Of a stretch of DNA of 58,579 nucleotides, positions 18,187 through 24,870 are shown piece by piece. The translations under genes and the position numbers were made by a program. Positions within the stretch are counted from its first letter, which is position 1. Each line of letters begins with the position of its first letter. The stretch comes from Anaerolineales bacterium. GTDB lineage: Bacteria > Chloroflexota > Anaerolineae > Anaerolineales > UBA6663. The DNA lies in contig DATDRS010000172.1 of the NCBI GenBank assembly GCA_035291605.1, positions 1-58,579 of the forward strand, read 5' to 3'. Under the pieces are notes generated by a model, which was given only the letters and a program-made list of their open reading frames with translations, searched no databases and was not told where the DNA came from.

Positions 18187-20622
18187 ATGCGCCTGCCTCC
18201 TATTCCCCCCATTGACGCCTTTTCGTTCTGGCTCGGCTTTGCCTCGGCTGCATTCATCTTCCTGTTGCTCTACTGGTTCCAGCGGCCGCTGCGCCTCGCG
18301 CGCCAGATACTGTCCGAGCTGTTCCAACACCTGCGCGAGGCCCTCACCGCCGGGACCGAGAAACGGCTCCGCGAGGACACGCTGCGCTTCGCGCAGACCG
18401 CGCACCTCGCCGGGACGGTCTTTGCACTGAACGAAATTCTGCTCCCGCCGCGACTGCTGTATCCCGAGCCGGCGCTTGACCCCACGACTCCCCCGCCCGA
18501 CGAGGACCTGGCTGCCATCATTCCCATCATCCCCGAATGGCCGGACCTGGCCGGAATTTACCACGCGCCCACGTTGGGCGTGGAGGAAGTTTTCGCGAAG
18601 GACGCCAACATCATGGTCATCGGCGGGCCGGGAGGGGGCAAGTCCACGCTCCTCGCCCACCTGGCCACGCGGGCCGCGCAGGACGACGAAAAACTGTTCC
18701 CCGGCGGCGTCACGCCGATCTTCGTCCACGCGGGCGACCTCGAACTGCCCAGGCCGCCCAAAGCCGATGTCGCCCAGCCGCTCATCGCCGCGGCGCTGGC
18801 GCGCGTCTCGACGCTCACGGCCTCGCAATTGCCCCAGCATCTGCGCGGGCGGCTGAAAAACTATAAGTGCGCCATCCTCATTGACGGCCTGGATGAACTG
18901 CCGCCCGCGCAGATCGCGCCGATCGCCAGCTGGCTTGAGGAGTTTCAGAGGGAATACAAACATCACCGCCTCATCGTCGCCGCCGGGCTGTGGGGTTACG
19001 GCCCGCTCGTGAGTCTCGGCCTGGCGCCGATCATGATCGCGCCGTGGAACGCGGACGATTACCGGGAACTGATCCAGAAGTGGACGACTGCGTGGGATCA
19101 GGCTATCCGTGCGCGCCGGAAGAAAGCCGCCGGGCCAGGTGAGGTGGACCTGACCATCATGCGAGGTTGGCTCGCGAACGGCAACCAGGGCCGCACCATT
19201 TTCGAGATCACACTCAAAATATGGGCGGCGCTGGCGGGCGATACGCGCGGCAGCCGACCGGTAGACTGGCTCGAGGCCTACCTCCTGCGGCACAACCTGA
19301 AGCCCACCAGCCTCGCCGCGCTCGCACAAATGGCCACGGCGATGCTCAGCCAGCAGGAATATCTGGGCCTCCTGCGCAAGGAAGCGGCCGCGATCGGCGA
19401 TACTGCGCTTAAGGGACCGGACGGAAAATCCGAGATGGATAGCGACGATTTCCTCGACGGCCTGATCGCGCGGCGCTTGCTGGCGAAGCACGCGAAAGAC
19501 CGGGTGAGTTTCGCGCACGGCCTGACGGCGGCCTACTGCACCGCCCAGCGCCTGGCCGCCGAACCGGATACGATCCTCGGCGCCTCATCCGCTTGGGCGC
19601 GAGCGCTGTACTTCTTCGCCGCGCTGGGGGACCTGACCTCGGCGGCAGGTCGCAACCTGACGCAAGCCGCCGACCTCATGCAGAGCGAGTTGCTCGCCTG
19701 CGCTTTGTGGCTGCGCGACTCCCCGGCCAACGCCCGCTGGCGCGCCGAGGTGTTCAAGCGCCTGGCCCGGTTGATGCTGGACCCCAACCAGCCTGAGAAC
19801 CTGCGCCTGCGCGGGCTTACGGGCCTGGCGGCTTCCAACGACCCGGCGGTGGTTGCATTGTTCAAGCAAGCCCTTGCCAGCCCGGACCCCTTCAGCCGCC
19901 GGCTGGCGACGCTGGGCCTGGGCGCGCTGGGCGATGGGAGCCTCGTCCCGCAGTTAGTCGCGCTCTTCGCTGACCCGTACCTCGACGTGCGCTGGGCGGC
20001 GGCGCTGGCGCTCACCCACATCGGAACCGATCAGGCGATTGACGGCCTGGCGCAGGGACTGGTGCAGGGCGACGACGCGCTCAAACAGGCCTGCGCCCAG
20101 GCCATCGCGCGAAACGCGGAGGTCGGCCCCGAGCTGCTCAAGGAAGCCATCGCTCACGAAGACCTCGCCGTGCGCCGCGCGGCCCTCTTCGGCCTGGCCG
20201 ATCTCAAGACGGATTGGGCGCTCAAACAGATCGAGGACGTGCAGACCAAGGAGCAGCAGTGGATTGTCCGCAACGCGGCGGTCTCGATGATCGAGCGGCT
20301 GAAAAGCCCCAGCCAGGTCACGCTCCAACCCTACGCGCCGCCCGAATCGCAGGGCTGGCTGGTGGCGTGGGCCGCCAGCAAGGGCACGGGCGTGCCGCCG
20401 GGCAAAGGCGCGATTGACCTGCTTAACCGGGCGCTGACGGAAGGCGAGGAGCGCGTCCGCCTCGCGGCGGCGCAATCGCTGGGCCGCCTCGGCGAACCGA
20501 CGGCCGCGCGCGAGCTCTACGCCGCGCTGCGCGATCCCGCCCCCCTCATCCGCGACGCCGCCTTCCGCGCCCTCGCCCACATGGCCGCCCTCGCCGGGCA
20601 AAAACTGGCCGCGCCGGTCTGA
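18187..20622 (+). CDS. membrane-anchored NACHT-type STAND NTPase with C-terminal HEAT (PBS-lyase-like) repeats
   Basis: Trimmed to the ATG at 18187, 2 nt after the upstream TAA. TM helix 'FWLGFASAAFIFLLLYWF'. Walker A 'VIGGPGGGKSTLLAHL'. Walker B 'CAILIDGLDEL'. Repeated 'D..VR.AAA.ALG..G' HEAT units in the last ~300 aa. Confidence 0.7.
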   Translation: MRLPPIPPIDAFSFWLGFASAAFIFLLLYWFQRPLRLARQILSELFQHLREALTAGTEKRLREDTLRFAQTAHLAGTVFALNEILLPPRLLYPEPALDPTTPPPDEDLAAIIPIIPEWPDLAGIYHAPTLGVEEVFAKDANIMVIGGPGGGKSTLLAHLATRAAQDDEKLFPGGVTPIFVHAGDLELPRPPKADVAQPLIAAALARVSTLTASQLPQHLRGRLKNYKCAILIDGLDELPPAQIAPIASWLEEFQREYKHHRLIVAAGLWGYGPLVSLGLAPIMIAPWNADDYRELIQKWTTAWDQAIRARRKKAAGPGEVDLTIMRGWLANGNQGRTIFEITLKIWAALAGDTRGSRPVDWLEAYLLRHNLKPTSLAALAQMATAMLSQQEYLGLLRKEAAAIGDTALKGPDGKSEMDSDDFLDGLIARRLLAKHAKDRVSFAHGLTAAYCTAQRLAAEPDTILGASSAWARALYFFAALGDLTSAAGRNLTQAADLMQSELLACALWLRDSPANARWRAEVFKRLARLMLDPNQPENLRLRGLTGLAASNDPAVVALFKQALASPDPFSRRLATLGLGALGDGSLVPQLVALFADPYLDVRWAAALALTHIGTDQAIDGLAQGLVQGDDALKQACAQAIARNAEVGPELLKEAIAHEDLAVRRAALFGLADLKTDWALKQIEDVQTKEQQWIVRNAAVSMIERLKSPSQVTLQPYAPPESQGWLVAWAASKGTGVPPGKGAIDLLNRALTEGEERVRLAAAQSLGRLGEPTAARELYAALRDPAPLIRDAAFRALAHMAALAGQKLAAPV

Positions 20623-20660
20623 GAGGAGGAACTCTTAATCGCTGACGCCAGGTGACTGAA

Positions 20661-20685
20661 GGCGCTGATATTGCCTCTCAGCGCC
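20661..20685 (+). terminator. hairpin downstream of the NACHT gene (no U-tract)
   Basis: GGCGCTGA (20661-20668) pairs with TCAGCGCC (20678-20685), with a 9-nt loop. Not followed by a T run, so terminator function is uncertain. Confidence 0.25.
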
Positions 20686-20764
20686 ACCGAGTCTCGTCAA
20701 CGCCTCAGCGATCCCCGCTTGCCCCGTCCCCCGCAGACGACTATACTTCAACTCAGGGTAATCA

Positions 20765-21229
20765 TTGATGGCCGATGGCGAATCCCTGCGGCGTGTGTAT
20801 CTGGACGTTTGTGCCTTATCGCGCCCATTCGACGACCAGACTCAGGCGCGCATCCGGCTTGAAACAGATGCTGTACAACTCATCTTGAGCAATGCCCGGC
20901 AGGGTAAACTTCACCTCATCACGTCGGCGGCTCACACTGTTGAGATTGCCGCAATAGATGAAGCTGAAGAACGCAACACGCTCGAACGATGGCTGAACGA
21001 ACTCGGCCACCGCCCACGCGTCAATTTGCGCAAAGCACGCCAGCGCGCTGAAGAATTGATGCGGATGAAGATTGGCCCAGCGGACGCGGCTCACATCGCC
21101 TCTGCCGAACAGGCCGAGGCCGATTTCGTTACAGTAGACGACCGACTGCTAAAGCAGGCTCAACGCGGCAGCCTTTCCGTCTGGGCAGGAACGCCCCTGC
21201 AATATTGCGAGAAGGAAAACCTGAAATGA
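20765..21229 (+). CDS. PIN-domain ribonuclease toxin
   Basis: 154 aa. PIN acidic residues lie in 'VYLDVCAL', 'ETDAV', 'PADAAHIASAE' and 'FVTVDDRLLK'. The stop overlaps the start of a small downstream ORF (ATGA at 21226-21229). Confidence 0.7.
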   Translation: MMADGESLRRVYLDVCALSRPFDDQTQARIRLETDAVQLILSNARQGKLHLITSAAHTVEIAAIDEAEERNTLERWLNELGHRPRVNLRKARQRAEELMRMKIGPADAAHIASAEQAEADFVTVDDRLLKQAQRGSLSVWAGTPLQYCEKENLK

Positions 21230-21435
21230 AGACGACCCGCTACTTGACCGAGGAAGAACTGATTGAACGTGGGGTGGAAGCCCTGATGAAGGCTCTCGGC
21301 CCAGTCGAAACCGCGCGCTTCCTCAACTTACGCAGCGCCCGACGACTCGAGTCGGTCAAGCGCCATCGGCGCTGGCAGGCCAGACTGAACAAGAAACAGT
21401 TCTTTGACCAGGTGTTCGGAGGCTTTTCCCGATGA
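21226..21435 (+). CDS. small putative cognate antitoxin of the PIN protein
   Basis: 69 aa from the ATG at 21226 ('MKTTRYLTEEELIERGVEALMKALGPVETARFL'). Translationally coupled to the PIN gene. Function is inferred from position only. Confidence 0.45.
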   Translation: MKTTRYLTEEELIERGVEALMKALGPVETARFLNLRSARRLESVKRHRRWQARLNKKQFFDQVFGGFSR

Positions 21436-21511
21436 ACGACGGCTTACTGCTTACGCCGCTGAATTGATTGAAGCCGAAGAGTTCCACCCATTGCCGACTC
21501 CGGCGGCCTAG
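21422..21511 (+). pseudogene. DUF433-like antitoxin, C-terminal remnant
   Basis: This frame reads 'AFPDERRLTAYAAELIEAEEFHPLPTPAA*', like the '..YP.LT.EDI.AALAYAAEL...' tail of DUF433 proteins. It has no N-terminal part and no start. It ends 2 nt before the DUF5615-like ATG. Confidence 0.35.
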
Positions 21512-21513
21512 CC

Positions 21514-21600
21514 ATGCGCTCTCTGATAGACGCCGACCTGCCGCGTTCTGCGGCTGACGTCGTGCGCCGTCACGGTCATGTGATTGACCTAACCCCGCTG
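21514..21600 (+). pseudogene. DUF5615-like (PIN-like) toxin, N-terminal remnant
   Basis: 'MRSLIDADLPRSAADVVRRHGHVIDLTPL' matches the characteristic DUF5615 N-terminus ('M..L.DENLP....L...GH.V'). Similarity stops near 21600, where G+C drops. The rest of the 108-aa ORF looks like noise. Confidence 0.45.
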
Positions 21601-21659
21601 ACTTGTCTCTCCATCTCAGCGCCTCACTCCCTTTCAACGTCTCAGCGGTTCAAACCCAT

Positions 21660-21688
21660 TTGCCTCGCCCGCCGCGCGTGGCTATATT
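21660..21688 (+). promoter_or_regulatory. candidate sigma70-like promoter upstream of the reverse transcriptase
   Basis: TTGCCT (21660-21665), 17-nt spacer, TATATT (21683-21688). A second TATAAAAT lies at about 21699. It would give a leader of about 85-90 nt before the ATG at 21779 (SD-like AGGGG 7 nt upstream). Confidence 0.35.
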
Positions 21689-21778
21689 TCGGAAACAGTA
21701 TAAAATTGGCTTCTGCTCGCACGCACATCCTTACTCGTTGTAGATGGCCATATCAGGGTCACCTACAAAGGGGTTCAT

Positions 21779-23329
21779 ATGGAGCAACTCAAGCCAGAGT
21801 CTTTGGATTGGGCACTTACACACATACAGAGATTTGGTGACACAGATATTTTTCCTGTGCCATTTGAATACGAGGCGATTAAGCATAGTTGGAGTGGCCT
21901 CAGAGATAAGTTGGCAACAATAGACATAGCCGCTTATGAATGTCGCTCTCTACATAGGACACTTGTCCCTAAACCTAAGGGGGGCTATCGGGTTGCTATC
22001 CAACTTGACCCAATAGATGCCCTGATTTACACAGCTTCAATCTACGAGGCAGCGGATGTAATTGAAAAACAGAGAATTCCAGCAGAACAGAAGGTCGCCT
22101 GTTCTTACCGAGTTCAACCTGATGCCAAAGGACAATTATTCAGGACAACAAATGGGTGGAACGATTATCATGAGAAATCCCAATTGCTGGCCGAGTCAGG
22201 AAAATACAACTTTGTCGTTGTAGCTGATATTGCCGATTTCTATAATCAAATAAGCCATCACAGAATTGAAAATGCATTGGAGATAGCGGGTGTAACCCCA
22301 TCCCGAGCCAAGAGCATTGAACGCTTCTTGGGAAACCTGACTGCCCTCCAATCTCGAGGAGTGCCGGTAGGCCCAACAGGCTCGATAGTATTGGCCGAGG
22401 CCTGTTTGAGTGACGTGGACTTATTCTTACTCCGAAAAGGGTATACTCACACTCGTTATGTGGACGATTTCCGAATATTTTGCATCTCCCGCAGTCAAGC
22501 CTATTCAGCCTTGCATGACCTCTCTGAGTATCTTTATACAGCCCATAGGTTAGCCCTTCAATCAGACAAGACAAAACCCTTGCCAGTAGAAAGCTTTCTC
22601 GAAGAGGAGCTATTCGACCCGCAAAAAGTGGAAGAGCAGAGAAAGAGGGATAAAATCAACGAAACTCTTGAGGCGATCTTCTTGTCGACGGGATACGTGA
22701 TTACTGAAGATGACCTACCGCTGGTAGACATACAGCATGTTGTTCGAGAAAATCTCGTGGAATTATTTGCGGGTTGCTTATCAACCTTACCCCTACCACA
22801 AGGGCTTGCTCGTTATCTGCTTAGAAGAGGAGCAATACTGCGAACAGCTGTTTTGCAGGAGTTCGTTCTGAATAATCTTGAGGTCTTGTCCCCAGTATTT
22901 AGAGATGCCATGCTGTACCTACTAAGAACCTCACAAGCCAAGACCGCCACAAGGATTGGAAGCGCTCTGATCCATTTTGCAAAGACGTCAGACTTAGCAT
23001 TTCTCCCATATCTTCGCATGTGGTTGTTGCACATACTAACGGAGAAATTTGCCATTGAATTTGGGCCCTCGATCACAGAACTGTGTGAAAACACAGGTGA
23101 TAAACTTCGCGTTCGTCCTCGAGCTCTACTTGCCCGAGAGTTGCATCACATAGATTGGGTTCGCGTAGAAAAGGAAACATGGAACAACTATGGTTCGTGG
23201 GACAAGAGAGCTATCATCTGGTCAGCGAGGATATTACCCGAGGATGAGAGAAAATACTGGCTAAAAAACGTTGCAGGCGCTGGAGACCTGCTGGACGCAG
23301 CGGTAGCTAAAGCCGCAGCTGAATTGTAG
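21779..23329 (+). CDS. stand-alone reverse transcriptase, Abi/UG (defence-associated RT)-like, with helical C-terminal domain
   Basis: 516 aa. RT motifs: 'LVPKPKGGYRVAIQLDPIDALIY', 'VVVADIADFYNQISHHRI', 'GVPVGPTGSIVLAEACLSDVD', 'RYVDDFRIF' (YVDD at 22457-22468) and 'LALQSDKTK'. The C-terminal ~250 aa are Leu-rich and helical. G+C is much lower than in the flanks. Confidence 0.85.
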   Translation: MEQLKPESLDWALTHIQRFGDTDIFPVPFEYEAIKHSWSGLRDKLATIDIAAYECRSLHRTLVPKPKGGYRVAIQLDPIDALIYTASIYEAADVIEKQRIPAEQKVACSYRVQPDAKGQLFRTTNGWNDYHEKSQLLAESGKYNFVVVADIADFYNQISHHRIENALEIAGVTPSRAKSIERFLGNLTALQSRGVPVGPTGSIVLAEACLSDVDLFLLRKGYTHTRYVDDFRIFCISRSQAYSALHDLSEYLYTAHRLALQSDKTKPLPVESFLEEELFDPQKVEEQRKRDKINETLEAIFLSTGYVITEDDLPLVDIQHVVRENLVELFAGCLSTLPLPQGLARYLLRRGAILRTAVLQEFVLNNLEVLSPVFRDAMLYLLRTSQAKTATRIGSALIHFAKTSDLAFLPYLRMWLLHILTEKFAIEFGPSITELCENTGDKLRVRPRALLARELHHIDWVRVEKETWNNYGSWDKRAIIWSARILPEDERKYWLKNVAGAGDLLDAAVAKAAAEL

Positions 23330-23341
23330 GTAAGCCTCTAT

Positions 23342-23470
23342 TTCCTCGCCTACACAACTTTCGCCACGAAGACGGAATTCGCTTTCAGCCCATCTATATT
23401 TGCCATAGTCGGTCCCAATGGAAGCGGCAAGTTAAATTTAGTAGATGCGGTGCGCTGGGGCTTGGCGAGC
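23342..23470 (+). pseudogene. SMC/ABC-type ATPase N-terminal (Walker A) fragment
   Basis: Reads '[41 protein letters not shown]'. Compare the SMC N-terminus 'GFKSFA.K....[24 protein letters not shown]'. It has no start codon. It is in the same frame as, and immediately after, the RT stop. Similarity ends near 23465, where G+C rises. Confidence 0.5.
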
Positions 23471-23551
23471 AATCCTTCGGCCTGCTCGCCAGGCCCTGCG
23501 CCAAATGCACCCCATGGGCCCATCGAATTGGCGCATGGTGAGACTCATTGT

Positions 23552-24796
23552 ATGATTCTCGCTATGCCTAAGAGACGAGAAAGGCGCGCTGCGCCCACAC
23601 ATGATCGCCGCCCCGAGGCGTCCCCACAGGTTGACGGCGCGCCGGCCACGGTTCTGGTCGTGGACGACGAGCCGCACAACCTCGAGGTGGTGACGCATTT
23701 TCTGGAAGCCGAGGGCTTCCAGGTGGTCACGGCGGAGGACGGCGAGCAGGCCCTCGCCGTGGCGACGGGCGCGGCCCCGGACGTGATCCTGCTCGACGTG
23801 ATCATGCCTGCCCCCGACGGCTTCGAGGTCTGCCGCCGCCTCAAGGCCGACCCGGCGACGGTTTTTATCCCCATCGTCATCCTCACCGCGCTGAAGAGCA
23901 CTAAAGATCGCATCACCGGCGCGGCCGCCGGCGCCGACGATTTTCTCTCCAAGCCGTTTGACCACGTCGAGCTGGTGACGCGCGTCAGATCGCTGGTGCG
24001 CGTCAAGCGCCTCCACGATCAGGTTGAGGCCTACAGCCGGGAGCTGGAAATCCGCGTCGCCGAGCGCACGGCTGAGCTGCAGCAGGCGTTGACGCAGCTC
24101 CAGGAGTTCGACCGGCTCAAGTCGGAGTTCATCGCCAACGTCTCGCACGAACTGCGCACGCCGCTCCTGCACGTGAAAGGCTACCTGGACCTGCTGGCCA
24201 ATGGCGCGCTGGGCGCCGTAACGGCGGAACAGCTGCAGGGGGCTGCCATCGCACAGGAGGCGGCGAGCCAACTGGACCGTGGGGTGCAGGATATCGTGGA
24301 TTTCCGCGATTTTGGGGACCGGCGCTTCCATTTTGAACGAGTGGCCGTTGCGGATGCCGCTCAGGCGGCCAGGGAGGCGATCACGCCGTTTGCGGCGCGC
24401 CGGGGGGTGACGGTGACGCTAACGCTGCCGCCGGACCTGCCGCCGGTTTGGGCCGACCGCGCGGCGGTGGCGCGTGTGCTGCGCCATTTGCTCGACAACG
24501 CGGTGAAGTTCAGCCCTTCGGGCGGTGTGGTGCGGGTGATCGGCGAGGAACGAGAGGGCAGCGTCCGGATTGCCGTGCTCGATCACGGTGAGGGCATCCC
24601 CCCGGAGAAACTCGACCGCATCTTCGATCTCTTTTACCAGGCCGACGGCTCGACGACCCGCCGGGCGGGCGGCCTGGGACTGGGGCTGGCGCTCGTCAAA
24701 ATGCTGCTCGACGCCCACGCGGCTCACCTACAGGTCGAGAGCGAAGTCGGTCGGGGCAGCACGTTTTATTTTGACCTGTCGGCCGCCGCGCCGTGA
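23552..24796 (+). CDS. hybrid response-regulator receiver / histidine kinase (soluble)
   Basis: Start trimmed to the ATG at 23552. Receiver '[27 protein letters not shown]'. H-box 'SHELRTPL'. N-box '[10 protein letters not shown]'. G-boxes 'DHGEGIP' and '[10 protein letters not shown]'. Confidence 0.85.
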   Translation: MILAMPKRRERRAAPTHDRRPEASPQVDGAPATVLVVDDEPHNLEVVTHFLEAEGFQVVTAEDGEQALAVATGAAPDVILLDVIMPAPDGFEVCRRLKADPATVFIPIVILTALKSTKDRITGAAAGADDFLSKPFDHVELVTRVRSLVRVKRLHDQVEAYSRELEIRVAERTAELQQALTQLQEFDRLKSEFIANVSHELRTPLLHVKGYLDLLANGALGAVTAEQLQGAAIAQEAASQLDRGVQDIVDFRDFGDRRFHFERVAVADAAQAAREAITPFAARRGVTVTLTLPPDLPPVWADRAAVARVLRHLLDNAVKFSPSGGVVRVIGEEREGSVRIAVLDHGEGIPPEKLDRIFDLFYQADGSTTRRAGGLGLGLALVKMLLDAHAAHLQVESEVGRGSTFYFDLSAAAP

Positions 24797-24870
24797 AAGG
24801 GAAAAGTCCTGGGCAGAACGCCCGATGAATGGGATGAGTAGAGACGTTCCGCGGCTAAAGCCCAGAATAG

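Noticed and set aside
21595-21648. The inverted pair CCGCTGA/TCAGCGG upstream of the RT as retron msr/msd boundary repeats.
   Set aside because: The pair is only 7 bp with mismatches on both sides and encloses a 40-nt spacer. This is far weaker than retron a1/a2 repeats and is expected by chance in GC-rich DNA.
21779-23329. The RT as a group II intron, retron or diversity-generating retroelement.
   Set aside because: There is no maturase-X or En domain, and I could not spot a domain-V-like ribozyme sequence in the flanks. There is no 'VTG' after YxDD and no retron-like long a1/a2 inverted repeats upstream. Motif B lacks the DGR-type 'SQ', and no template/variable repeat pair is visible nearby. 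These are by-eye exclusions only.
23327-23470. Programmed read-through of the RT TAG into the in-frame P-loop fragment.
   Set aside because: The downstream frame contains only about 45 residues of ATPase similarity before running into an unrelated kinase gene. A shared frame has a 1-in-3 chance expectation, and no read-through context signal was recognised.
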